DNA from: Leucoraja ocellata
Taxonomy: Eukaryota
Length of the DNA: 64,000 nucleotides
Assembly (NCBI GenBank): GCA_036785375.1
Contig: JAWMAR010000043.1
Span: 2,542,001-2,606,000, forward strand
Direction: 5' to 3'
In this document: positions 37,658 through 49,853 of the stretch, in pieces
Position numbering within the stretch: the stretch's first letter is position 1
Layout: each line of letters begins with the position of its first letter
Made by a program: the position numbers and the translations under genes
Notes under the pieces: model-generated
Database searches by the model: none
What the model was told of the DNA's origin: nothing
Seen by the model: only the letters and a program-made list of their open reading frames with translations

Positions 37658-38363
37658 TGGGAAAGAAATGAAAGAAAACGGAAAAGCGGAGACTTCAAGG
37701 TTTGCTTCAAGAGCCTTTATTGTGTGGTCAATCATGGAGAGATGGCGACAGTTAAGTGCTCACCAGTTTGCTGACTTCACAGCAAAATTAGCCGACAATT
37801 ATACTATACAGTAAACAACTTTTTATTGTTAGATACAACTACACGAAAATATAATTTGTCCTTGGCTATATGCTTTCAAATCTACCATCTACTACATGGG
37901 TATTGATTATTTCATTAGTCATAATATATACTTTTCATTTATGTTCATCTTATTCTACAACAGATGGTTAATGCAAGTCAAATATAATACAAGGGCGTCT
38001 TGACATTCTATCGCACCTTTCAAGCAGACCACACTACTTCCCCCTCTCCGAGCCAATCATAAACCCCCATTTACTGCAACTTTTCTACACTACTAGCGGT
38101 AGGGGTCTACTGTAATTTCCCACAGAGAAAGCAGGCTTCCTTATCTCTGTCCTAATTTTGTTATGTTTACATTCACCATTCGCCATTCCACACATTCCCA
38201 TACAAGAGGTAATGTGTCTAAATCTTATTTTGCCAATTCTCACGATTCTCTTCTGCGCCTGGTCAACGAGAGATGCCACTGCCACATCCGCGCAGCCTTT
38301 CGTTTCCTTGCTTAACTCTGATCAAAATGAAGTAAGAAAGGATTTTATTTTTTTTCTTCCACA
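37658..38363 (-). mobile_element. Probable solo LTR (~700 bp), retroviral/LTR-retrotransposon type
   Basis: Short terminal inverted repeats TGGGAAAGAAA / TTTCTTCCACA. Minus-strand AATAAA at ~37716-37721 is followed by a T/C-rich U5-like end. It interrupts a CR1/HE1 tail. The TSD is decayed. Confidence 0.55.
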
Positions 38364-38816
38364 CATTCTACACCTGTCCTATCCACATTTCTGACTAAAT
38401 GTTTCTTAAACAATTAGATAGTCCCTGATTCAACTACATCCTCTGGCAGCTCGCTTCATACACCCACCACCCTTTGTGTGGAAAAAGTTACCACTCAGAT
38501 TCCTAGAGATTGTTCCCCCTTCACCTTAGTGTTAAGAGGTGTTGTCATCTACTCTCACTGATTGTGGTCTGTGGGTCAGAAAACCAACGATCCACTGGCA
38601 GAGGGGAGTGCTGATTCCTAGGTCCAGGAGTATAGAGATGAATTTGGATGGGATTATGGTGGTGAAGACTGAGCTGTAGTTGATAAGAATGCAAAGTAGG
38701 AGTACTTGTTGTCTAGGTGTTGCAGAAATGAGTTTAGGGCAAGGGAAATGGCACCAGCTGGGGTTCTGTTGTGATGGTCAGCAAACTACAGAGGTCTGGG
38801 AGGCTGGAGTTAATGT

Positions 38817-38970
38817 GTAGGAAGGAACTGCAGATGCTGGTTTAAACTGAAGATAGACAAAAGCTGGAGTAACTCTTCAGACTGAATAAGTTGTCTGATC
38901 ACAAAACATCACCTCTCCTTTTCTCTAGAGATGCTGTCTGATCCGCTGAGTTGCTTTTTGTGTCTATCTT
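38817..38970. mobile_element. Decayed palindromic Penelope pLTR
   Basis: AAGATAGACAAAAGCTGGAGTAACTC...CTTCAGACTGA...GCTGAGTTGCTTTTTGTGTCTATCTT. Confidence 0.7.
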
Positions 38971-39324
38971 AGGCTGGGGTTAATGACCGCCACCTTCAGA
39001 CTCTCAAAGCACTCCATGCATGTTATTCAATCTTTTCAGAGACCTCTTAATAGATGCAGCTTTGCAGTGAATTGTTCCTTTTGTTTCCTTATTTTTACCT
39101 TAAAGTAATTTTGGCAAAGTGGCAAATATTTCCAGTTGCTTTTTCAGTAACATATTCTGTTCTGTGCTTCAAGCCTTATAATTCTGCTTTCAATTCTTTG
39201 TTCAACTCATGGCAAAGGAAAACAATTCTTGAACAATAAATTAAAGTGCATACTAAATGTCCATTGCGGTGGTACTCAATGGGTTGGGGGTGAAGGTGGT
39301 GATTTGAGGTGGCCCTGAGTTATA

Positions 39325-39690
39325 AATGAAAGACTTGCATCTACAAGACAGGATTGATAACCTCAAGATGGACCAAAGCATTAATTAAATACTTCCAAAT
39401 GTGTTGATACCATTGCACTGTAAATGAAAAGTTGGGATCTGCACAATATTGTCCTGTGATATTGGCAGAATAATCTATTTTAGTGACATTAAGTAAGAGA
39501 TAATTATTAACTAAGGTATTGAAGCTAATTTCCTACTCCCTGAAATTAATGCTATGTGATATTTTATCTCCATTGGGGAAAACAGAATGGGACCTTGATT
39601 AGTGTATTTAAAGAAAAAGCACTTCCGTCAGTGCAGCTGCAGAATGCAAGTCCAGATTTAATTTGTGCTCAAGTAGGATTTAAAGGTAAA
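39325..39690 (-). mobile_element. Ancient Deu-domain SINE relic (SacSINE1/AmnSINE-like)
   Basis: Collinear diverged matches to the recalled antisense consensus: GACTTGCAT...ATAATCTATTTTAGTG...GCACTTCCGTCAGTGCAGC...TTTGTGCTCAAGT. Confidence 0.5.
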
Positions 39691-39814
39691 TTCATATAAC
39701 TTAAAACTACTAGCTGATTGCAAGATAAAGATAACACAGATTAACAAAGCATTAAATAAGAATTTCATATGCCACACAAATAGGCAGATGTCTTTATTAA
39801 TATCTAAAACCAGT

Positions 39815-40093
39815 GGATGGCACAGTTAGTATGGCTGCTGCCTCGCAGCACCAGAGACCCAGGTTCGATTCTGACTTTGTGCACTGTCTGTGTGAAGTTG
39901 ATATGTTTTCCCTCCACATGCTCTGGTTTCCACCCACATCAAAGAAGACGTGGAAGTTTGTAGGTTATTTGGCCTCTGTAAATCGCCCCTCATATATAGG
40001 GAGTGGATGAGAAACATTGAACTAGTGTACGTGGGTGATTGATGGTTGGTCTGGACTTGGGCCTGTTCCCATGCTGTATCACTAAACTAAACT
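39815..40093 (+). mobile_element. HE1/V-SINE
   Basis: Pol III B box GGTTCGATTC at 39862-39871, V-domain (CTCTGGTTTCCACCCACATC) and CTAAACTAAA tail. Confidence 0.82.
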
Positions 40094-40376
40094 TAATCTA
40101 AACTATCTGACTATGGGGAAATATGATCAGTGCATTAGCAGGTGAAGTGGCAATTGCAGATGCTGTTATCGAGAGGTGGGTATCCTGCAGCTGCTGGATC
40201 CCATTAATATTTAAATGGGTGCTAACAGTCGGTGCAGTCCTAGTGTGCAAAAGGGCTGCTTTTGTACTGTATTTCCCTGGGACTGTATGACCTGGTTGGG
40301 TAGGGAGAGCAATGAGATTTGTGATTAGTCTTGGAATATTTGATCTGATGGATTTGGGGACAACTACTATGGTCAC

Positions 40377-40742
40377 GATAGACTCAAAATGCTGGAGTAA
40401 CTCAGCGGGTCTGGTAGTATCGCTAGAGAAAAGGAATAGGTCATGTTTCAGGCCGAGACCCTTTTTCTGAATGAGAGTGGGGGATAGGGAAATGAGAGAC
40501 ATAGACAGTGATGTAGAGAGATATTAAACAAATGAATGGATTATATGCAAAAAAGTAACAATGATAAAGGAAACAGGTCATTGTTAGCTGGGTCCGAGGT
40601 GAAAACGAGTAAAGCCAATGAGACTCAAGATGACTTTGAAGCTGGTAAGACTTAGATGGGGGAGGGATGGAGAGAAGGGGGATGCAAGGGTTATTTGAAG
40701 TTGGATAAATCAATATTCATCCCATTGTGTTATAAGCTGCCG
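40377..40742 (-). mobile_element. Penelope 3' end (GIY-YIG C-terminus plus pLTR)
   Basis: Minus strand encodes GSL*HNGMNIDLSNFK*, followed by the pLTR repeat. Confidence 0.78.
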
Positions 40743-41282
40743 AAGACTTACACAATGCATTCAGGGATATCAAGGAGCAGCAGTAACTCGGTGGCCATGT
40801 CCAAGGATCATTGAAGATCGAAGTACAGGTTGATAATACAGCAATGAAGGCACAGAGTTTACGAGCAAGGAGGCTCTGACCAAACCATAAAAAACATCAG
40901 CAATGTCACAAGTACTATGTGCAGTTTGAGTGGCTACACAAGGAGACATGATTCACTGGAGAAGTTGCAGGGTGGATTTACCAGATGATGAATGGAGCAG
41001 TTCAGCTCTGAGGAGAGACTGTATAGAAACATAGAAAATAGGTGCAGGAGTAGGCCATTTGGCCCTTCGAGCCTGCATCGCCATTCAATATGCTCATGGC
41101 TGATCATCCAACTCAGTATCCTGTACTGGGTTAGGTTTACTCTCAGGGTACAGTGAGAGTTGTGTGAGGAAATGATTAAGCTACACAAAATTATCTAGTT
41201 GGAGTAGAAGGTAGAAACCTTCCAATTGGTTAGGCATTTGAATGACATCGACAAGCCAGGCATTTATTATGGCCCATACATT

Positions 41283-41318
41283 AATCTGAAGAAGGGTCGC
41301 GACCCGAAAAGTCACCCA
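41283..41318 (+). ncRNA. Minimal type I hammerhead ribozyme motif in a Penelope pLTR (repeat extends to ~41392)
   Basis: CTGAAGA-AGGGTC GC GACCC-GAAA-A-GTC-ACCC. The core boxes and stem II are intact; the palindromic ACGT stem III is mutated to AAGT. Confidence 0.65.
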
Positions 41319-42751
41319 TTTATTCCCGCTGAGTTACACAGCATTTTATGTCTATCTTTGGTTTAAACCATCATCTGCAGTTTCTTCCCACACATTTATG
41401 GCCCATGTCGGATTAACCACTGAACTAAAGAGCTGGCTGGATACTGCAGAGGTCAGTTAAGAGCCCACCGCATAGCTTAATCTAGAGTCACAAATACAGC
41501 CTGTATGGCAGTCTGGATAGTGATGGCAGATTTCCCTCCCTGAAGAACATAGATAAGTTGTAAAAGTCTGTAACTTCATTATTACTGGATTTTAAATAAA
41601 GCCGACTTGCTTCATAACGAGAATTTGAATTCCCCAACTACCATTCAAACCCATGCCTCTGGATCAATAGTCTGTACCTCTTTACACTTGCCCAGTGACA
41701 TATCGCCATCCTACTTAGTCGAACAGTAATTATTGTTCAATTACTTTTACTGCTGATCATTTGTCACTTAGGCATAAAAAATGGACTGGTAATTAATTTG
41801 AATTAAGTGATGTTAAAAAATTGACAAAATGAGAATTGGATAATTTGAGGTAAACTGTTTTGAATTAGAGCATGTCAGTGCATACCTGAAAAGAAAATTA
41901 ATTGACAAACTGATTCTGAAGAAAATTTGATCAAAGACTGCCTTAGCACACATTTTACAATCAGCTTTATTATTGGTTTATTATTGACCCATGTACCGAG
42001 ATACAGTGAAAATTGTTTTGCAAGCAATGGTACTTTATTTGTTACATGTACCAAGGCGCAGTAAAATTAATTATTGTATACAATTCTGTACAAGTATCCT
42101 CATACAGAAGCACCTAGATCATCTTAAATAAGCATCTCAGATACAGTAAAGTGTATAGTGGTAGTACACTGAGACAGTATACAGAATTGCCAGATTGGTG
42201 TCATTTTCAAGTCCCAATTGTAAGTAGATTTGACCTGACCATGAAGGCCTGTTGTCCTGGCAGCGTTGCAGGATCGGCCTGACCAACCATGGCCGTGGGT
42301 CTACTCCACCACACCTCCGGAGACGCTGTATGACGTGTTGTTACTTCAGTATTTGTCTTCATTTGAGGAAGATCTATGAGTTATCATCATCCCCTTATGA
42401 TTGCTTGATCATTGTAGCATCACTGAATTCTCAATGATTTGCCGAGTCCAGTAGTAGCATTTTAAAACTTTGTATACTAGCGTGAGTTTATACGTCATCA
42501 GAGCAAAGTATTAAAATATCTGCAGACCTGAAGTGAAAACCGACCATGTTATAACTAACAAAACAAAGAAACTATGGAAATGTAAAGGACTGAACATAAC
42601 GAGACAAAAGGCACTCAATATTCACATAGAAATATGAGGCTGTTGAGAGTAAGGGTTGTGTAGAGGTAAAGTGCCGACTTGCACTTGTGGCTTAAGAATC
42701 TTTAGCTGAAGTTGTTTGGATTGGGTTTTGCCTTCAATGTAACATTGTATA

Positions 42752-43256
42752 TCTATATACATAACTAAAAGTCTCATCTTGTATGTATGTTCCTGAAATA
42801 TAGGCAAATCGGTACACGATAGCGCAACAATTTTTGGGGCGCCTTACTCACCATTTGCCCATGGTGTTCAGTATCAACTTTCATCATATTTTAAAAAGTA
42901 AATCACTTTATAAACATTAATGAAATTTATACTGTGAATGGAACAGTTTCAACGTGGCAGTCGCACCTGTGCAGTGCGCTCCTACTTGCTGGGACCGTCA
43001 GCCGCACCAGCGCAGTTGGGGAAGGATTGCCGGGCCCGGTATCTGCACGTGCGCAGTTGGGGGATGGTTTCCAAGCCCTGCGGCGACGGGCCTGCACAGT
43101 GCACTCCCACTTGCCGGACCCGTAAGCTGCGCCTGCGCATTTGGTGGAGGGTTGCCGGGCCCGGCGCCTTTTTCAGATCACCATTTTGATCTAATACTTC
43201 TGTGTGTATTTGACTGGCATCATAACAGAGACCCAATGAGTCCAAGGGTCGTCTAG
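42752..43256 (+). mobile_element. Non-autonomous Helitron
   Basis: A|TCTATATAC... 5' end; 3' hairpin remnant GACCCAATGAGTC about 10 nt before CTAG|T; no TSD. Confidence 0.8.
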
Positions 43257-43344
43257 TATCCTTTAAAACCAAGTAACTCTTAATTCATAACATCACAAAA
43301 ATCTGAGAATCTGTTTTAGTCATTTTGATTGATAGATAATAGCC

Positions 43345-43490
43345 TGCACACACGGGAGCACTGCTCAGCTCTTCTTCAAAGTAATGTTACAAGGTGTGTT
43401 ATCTCTACCCGAGAGAGATGGTGCATTCTCCCTACAACATCTTATCTAAAAGATCAAACTTGTTAATGCAGCACTCCGCCAATGCTGCAG
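43345..43490 (-). mobile_element. Deu-domain SINE relic
   Basis: GCTCTTCTTCAAAGTAATG...CCCGAGAG...ATGCAGCACTCC resembles the recalled antisense Deu core. Confidence 0.45.
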
Positions 43491-43623
43491 ACATTAGACA
43501 ATAAACAATAGGTGCATGAATAGGCTATTTGGCCCTTCGAGCCAGCACCACCAATCAATGTGATCATGGCTGATCATCCCCAATCAGCACTCCGTTCCTG
43601 CCTTCTCCCCATATCCCCTGACT

Positions 43624-45346
43624 TCAAATGGTTTGAATCCTACTTGAAGGACAGGGACTACTTTGTGTCTATAGGTAATTACACATCTGAGCGTGCAAAA
43701 ATTACATGTGGAGTTCTCCAGGGTTCCATTCTGGGGCCTCTTCTGTTTAACATCTACATGCTTCCACTGGCTCAGATCATGAAAAACATCAAAATATGTT
43801 ACCATAGTTACGCAGACGACACACAAATCTACATAACAATATCACCAGGAGACTATAGTCCAATACAAGCACTGAGTAGATGTATTGAGCAAATCAAAGA
43901 TTGGATGAACCAGAATTTTCTCCAATTAAACAAAGAAAAAACTGAAATAATTGTTTTTGGAGCCAAGAAAGAATGATTAAAAGTTAGCACCCAGCTTCAA
44001 ATGGTAATGCTAAAATCAACAAACCAAGCCAGAAACTTAGGAGTAGTCATGGACTCAGACCTGAACTTCAACAGCCACATAAAAACAGTCACAAAGTCAG
44101 CCTACTATCACCTAAAGAATATATCAAGGATTAAAGGACCTATGTCTCAGCAGGATTTGGAAAAACTTGTCCATGCATTTATCTTCAGCAGGCTCGACTA
44201 CTGTAACAGTGTCGTTACAGGTCTCCCTAAAAAGTCGATCAGACAGCTGCAGGTAATTCAGAACGCTGCTGCTCGAGTCCTCACTAAGACCAAAAAAGTA
44301 GATCACATTACTCCAGTTCTGAGGTCTTTACACTGGCTTCCTGTCTGTCAAAGGATTGATTTCAAAATACTACTGTTGGTTTACAAAGCACTGAATGGTT
44401 TAGGGCCAAAATATATTTCTGATCTTCTGCTTAGCTACGAACCACCCAGACCTCTCAGATCGTCTGGGACAGGTCTACTCTGTGTCCACAGAGTCAGAAC
44501 TAAACATGGAGAGGCAGCATTTAGTTTTTATGCACCACATATCTGGAACAAACTCCCAGAAAACTGCAGGTCTGCTGCAACTCTCAGCTCTTTTAAATCT
44601 AGACTGAAGACTTTTCTGTTTGCCGCTGCCTTTCAGTAAACAATACAATTTATTAATTACCTATACTGCACTGTCACTTCTATTCCTGGTTTTATTCTAT
44701 TTTAAATATTCAATTCAATTCAACTTTAATGTCATCGCACAAATACAAGTATGAGTACAACAAAATGCAGTTTTGCGTCAGTCCGTGGTAGTTGTGCATA
44801 AAGAAATTTTTAAAAAATAGAAAGAGAGAAGATACAGAATCATCAAAAAATACAGAATAATTAAACAATGGGGACGGAGGGACCGGAGAAATCTATCGGC
44901 GGGACTCCAAGTTCAGCAATGTGATTGTGTTGTTGTAGAAGCTGTTCCTCATCCTACTAGTACGTGACCTGAGGCTCCTGTACCGCCTCCCTGATGGGAG
45001 GAGGGCAAACAGTCCATGGTTGGGGTGTGAGGGGTCTTTGATGATCTTCCCAGCCCGTCTCAGACACCGTTTTCGGTGGAGGGCATCCATGGCAGGGAGC
45101 GGGGCACCGATGATGTGCTGCGCAGTTTTCACCACCCGTTGTAGTTCCTTCCTGTCCGCAGCAGTGGATATTTTATTTGATTGCTTTTAATTTTGTAATT
45201 ATTTTATCTGAATAATCTAATAATCGTTTAACATCTAAATGTCATTTTATATGTGTTTCTTTCCAATGCTTTTAATGTTTTATGTAAAGCACTTTGAATT
45301 ACCTTGTTGTTGAAAGGAGCTATACAAATAAACTTGCCTTGCCTTG
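43624..45346 (+). mobile_element. L2-clade LINE, RT-to-3' end, nearly intact; inserted in a CR1 3' end (43495-43623 / 45347-45385)
   Basis: [39 protein letters not shown]. One frame runs to the stop at 44639 with a single internal TGA (43974-43976). L2 3' end AAAGCACTTTGAA...AATAAACTTGCCTTGCCTTG. Confidence 0.95.
44708..45166 (-). mobile_element. Rex1/Babar 3' fragment nested in the L2 3' UTR
   Basis: ORF 44893-45135 (KDPSHPNHGLFALLPSGRRYRS) and (TTGAA)n tail. Confidence 0.9.
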
Positions 45347-46625
45347 GCTCCGCTATTTTTAAGAGCCTATCTAGCTCTCTCTTGTTTCACCAACAAGGTC
45401 CACTGACCCCCATCTACCATTCAATGGAGTAAAAAACACGGTGCAAGAGAAACTCATTGGGTTAGGCAGCATGTCTGGAGAACATGGATAGGTGATGCAA
45501 GCAATCAGCAGGAATTACAACATTTTCAGCAAATGGGAGATCTTTGATCTCATTGGCATCATTGATCCTCTTGTGAGTGAAGATTTATGGAAGGAATCAA
45601 TATTATAAATCAACAGAGTGCTTGTGGTTGACTTCTCCCAAGCCACTTCCTGAATTCTGATTATTTTAGTTAATACCCGAGACGCAAAAGGAATTAAAGG
45701 ATATTAGATACCGATCAGTCTGATCACACAATAAATTGCTTCGTTATTCATTCATGTATATGGATGTTACTGGAAATAAATAATTTGTCTGTCCCTAAAT
45801 GTCCTCTGAGTGAGTTGCTATTTCTGAAAACTGTTAAAAGCCATATGTACTGGCTATGCACCTGTTGGCACAAGTAAAGCAGAGCAGGTAACAGATTCCC
45901 TTCCCTGAGTACATCCTTGATTCAGTACGACAGTCTACTAGTTACATGGTCACAATTACTGACACTGGCCTCTTATTCCTTGAAACTATTCGGACAAGGC
46001 TCCAGATCAATAGTATTGACCTGTGAAGCCAGTCGAGTAATGTAACCACTGTGTTACTGGAGCGCAGTTTTATTTATCATCAGACAACTGAAGTTGGCAG
46101 ATAGTCAGTGGGGAGAATGATTATTTGGATGAGGGGAATTAGGCAATCTTACAGATGAAGAAGGAGACACTCGGACCACCAGTGAATTAAAAAATAAAAA
46201 TCTCCTTATTCAGAAGCTTAATTGGCATCCACACAGTTTAATCTGATGGCTGGACAAGAATGCAGAACAGTACAGCACAGGAGCTGGCCCTTCGGTCCAT
46301 AACGCCTGTGCTAAACATGATTCCAAGTTAAAGTAGTCTCATACGTCCTGTACATGATACATACCCTCCGTACATATCCACCCATGTATCCCACTTCTTT
46401 AACTCTATTCCGGAGGTAATATGGTTTGAATCCAAATTGTATCAAAGCATTCTCTAAGCTTACATTACCATTTTACCAGTCAGAGATGTTCATCTGTTTA
46501 ATTCAACCTTGGCAGCTTTTCCTGAAGTGCATGACCCAAGGCTGCAACACTTTCCATTATGTGACAGATTTTTTTTAATTTAGTGCTTTAAAAATTTGAT
46601 GCAACTTAGTTGTCTACAATGAAGA

Positions 46626-46715
46626 GAGACACAAAATGCTGGAGTAACTCAGCGGGACAGGCAACGTCTCTGGAGAGAAGGAATGGGTGATGTTTCGGGT
46701 CAAGACCTTTCTTCT
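46626..46715 (-). mobile_element. Penelope pLTR half with decayed hammerhead
   Basis: GACACAAAATGCTGGAGTAACTCAGCGGGACAGGC...GATGTTTCGGGTCAAGACC. Confidence 0.75.
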
Positions 46716-48214
46716 GGTCAATATTGTGCCAAATGCACTCGAATGTGCATGTTTAGATGGCCGAGTTAGAAATGCCACCTAGATAGCTTGAGCTAAATGC
46801 AGAGATTGGTGGGACTGAATTTTGGAATCTACATGTCACCTGTGGCCATTTGCTACATTGCTCACTTTTCATAAATGGACAAAGACAAATCCTCGCTCCC
46901 TGGTTCTTCATGGATGGACCAGTTTTTGAGAATCTGTGTTTAGTCATGGGAGCCAGGACAATAGTGCACCACTGATAATTGAAGTATTGAACCAGCAGGA
47001 ATGCTCCTGTGGGAGTTTGTGTTTCACCTCAAGGGCATTAGTAAAATATAAGTGAACACAACAACAGGACCTGGACGTCAAATTGAATGGTTAAATCTTA
47101 AGAAAGGAAAAGACACAATTAGCTCCCCAATTGTAGCTTTTATTTCTTAACGTCTGATACAACAGTTAACAGACCATTACAAAAAAGGCAATATGTAAAT
47201 TCGAAGCTCAATTTTAATTAGGCGTTCCATTTATGTTAATGGGCTAAGATGAAATGGAATGCAGTTGTTGAAGCTAAGCAGATCAAATGAACCCATTATT
47301 TTCTGTAGACAAATGTTTCACTTTTAAGTTAAAATGTAAAATCAAGTCTCTTGTACAACAATTAAAGAAGCACAATCCAGGCTGTGTGAAGAGAAATCTT
47401 CACTTCAGATGAGCAAGATAAAATACTTCATCCATTTTATAAATTACTTTGGTAAAATTCTCTTCAATTGGGAATTGTGGCATCACATGAAAGAAAATGC
47501 AATCCATAATATTTTAGTTATTTTCAACGCACCAAGTAACTCCTGGCACTGGAGAGGTTTTCAACCAATTTGGCAGGGGGTTGTGAAGCATGGTGATAAT
47601 GCAGCAGGTGGAGAGAAATGTGCAAGTGTAAAAGAAGGCAAATCAAGCGAGTCCAGTGAGGAGAGCAGACAGAGGTAGGTAAGGAAGCATGGGGGGGACT
47701 AGCAGCTCAACTGCATTTACTTTAATGCTAGGAGCCTCACGGGTAAGTCAGATGAATTGGAGCATGAGTCATGAATAACTCAAAAATGCTTCAAAGCAAT
47801 AATTGTAGAGTGCCTGAGGTGCTTAGGAACAAATTTGAGAGCATAGGTGAGTGAAGGAACCTCCACAAGGGAATGGACAATGATAGGAGAATGGCTGGAA
47901 GAGGATTCAGGAGCAAAAAAAGTATAAGACTATACAGGAAGAACAAACTGGAAGAATTATGCTAGGATATTGTCAGTCATGAGATTTCTTCCAAAATATT
48001 TTATCAATGTCAAAGCAAGGTCTTGGCGCTATTTTCAGAATTGTGGAGTTGCACAACATAGAAACAGGCTCTGCTGTCTACCTATACTGATTCCACTTGT
48101 TTGCATTAATTCTCTCTATGCCCTCTTCATTCAAGTACCTGTCAAGATGCCTCTTGTATGTGGTTACTCTCTAATCCCTCTTGATAATTCAATTCCTTCA
48201 CTCCAGGCAAGATT

Positions 48215-48840
48215 CTTGTGAAACTTTTCTGCACTCTATCTAGCTTAATTCTTCCTACTGAGTGGTGACCAGAACTGCACACAATAGTCCAATTGACGTT
48301 TTGTACAACTTTAACATGACATCCCAGCCTTTTACTCAATACCTCAACTGATGAAGGCAAGAATGACATATGCTTTCCTTACCATATCTTCGATCCATAT
48401 CCTGTTGTAACTAGATAACTTTCTCCATGTACAGTATTACAGAATTGAATGTTGTCTGCAACCTTCTTAACTATGCCAACAACATTCTCATCAAAATCAC
48501 CCATATATATGACAAACAACAAAGGACCCAACACGGATCCCTGTATCACACCAGGCCTCCAATCTGAAAAACAATACTCAACTACCACTCTGTCTTCTTC
48601 CAGGAAAGCAATTTTTAATCTACTTTGCTAACTCACTCTGGATCCTTTGTGCTCCAACCTCCCAGACTAACCCACTATGTGAGACCATATCAAAGACAAT
48701 GTTAAAGACCATATATAAATAATATCTGCCTCCCTGACCACATCCAATGTGTTGGTCTTTTCAAAACATATATAATTTGTGAGAGTGCCCATGTATAAAT
48801 CCCTGCTGATGATCCCGAATATGTCCTTGCCTTTTCAAAT
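48215..48840 (-). mobile_element. Old CR1 RT fragment
   Basis: ORF 48379-48588, FSDWRPGVIQGSVLGPLLFVIYMGD. Confidence 0.8.
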
Positions 48841-48849
48841 GTGAATAGA

Positions 48850-49110
48850 GGTAGACCTGGGTTCCATCCTTACTATGCGTGCTTGTCTGTACATAGTTTG
48901 TATCTTCTTCCTGTGAATGTGTGGGTTTATTCCAGGTGCTCCGGTTTCCTCACACATTCCAAAGATGTGCAGATTTGTAGGGAAATTGGATTTTGTAAAT
49001 TGCTCCTGGTGTGTAGGATGTGAATGTGGGATAGTTTTGAATTAGTGTATGGGTGGTCGAAGGCCACCCTGTGGTTCCATAGAGGGCCTGTGGTTTCATC
49101 TATCTCTAGA
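48850..49110 (+). mobile_element. HE1/V-SINE (decayed)
   Basis: AGACCTGGGTTCCATCC head and GTGGGTTTATTCCAGGTGCTCCGGTTTCCTCACACATTCCAAAGATGTG V-domain. Confidence 0.75.
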
Positions 49111-49586
49111 TCACCACACTGATCCTTTGTAAGTTCATTGTGGTCAATAATTCCCATGTTGGTTGAGAGCAGATAATAAATGAATGCAAAGAAAATATTT
49201 TGTACAATTCTATCATGTTCTTTTTTCAAAAGAAGAATGGTGGCTGTGACATCTGTAATAATAGTAGGCAATATCACAATATTACTCAGCTGCTAGAATT
49301 AAATATTTCTATTGAGAAACGAACAGGGGAAAAAAACACTGGTCCTAAATGCTATTGAAAGCCAGACTTATGGGTAAGCCCTTGATATATTTACATGCAG
49401 ATTTATATGTACACTTCTCTCCTGGATATTAATTTGGCCTGTACTCTGGAGATACTGGCGTGCAGCTTAATAATAGTCAAGTATAGTATGATTCATCTAG
49501 ATAGCATGCAAACAAAGTTTTCAACTGTACACATGGCAAGTCGAATGTGAATAAACTCTGACTCATTGAGACCCTTGCAATAACTT

Positions 49587-49853
49587 CACAGTGGTGCAGC
49601 GGGACTTGCTGCCTTATAGCGCCAGAGACCCAGGTTCCATCCTGACTACGGGTGCTCTCTATTCTGAGTTTTTATGTTCCAGGTGCTTTGGTTTCCTCCC
49701 ACACTCCAAAGATGTACAGGCTTGTAGGTTAATTGACTTCTGTACATTGTAAATTGCCCCTTGTGTGTGTGGGATAGTGTTAGTGCAATCGCTGATCAGC
49801 GCGGAATCGATGGACCATATGGCCTATTTCCACACCGTGTGTCTAAAGTCTGA
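49587..49853 (+). mobile_element. HE1/V-SINE
   Basis: CACAGTGGTGCAGCGG...GCTGCCTTATAGCGCCAGAGACCCAGGTTCCATCC head, then V-domain. Confidence 0.8.

Noticed and set aside
39815-39875. tRNA gene
   Set aside because: This is the tRNA-derived SINE head with a decayed A box and no cloverleaf, followed by the V-domain.
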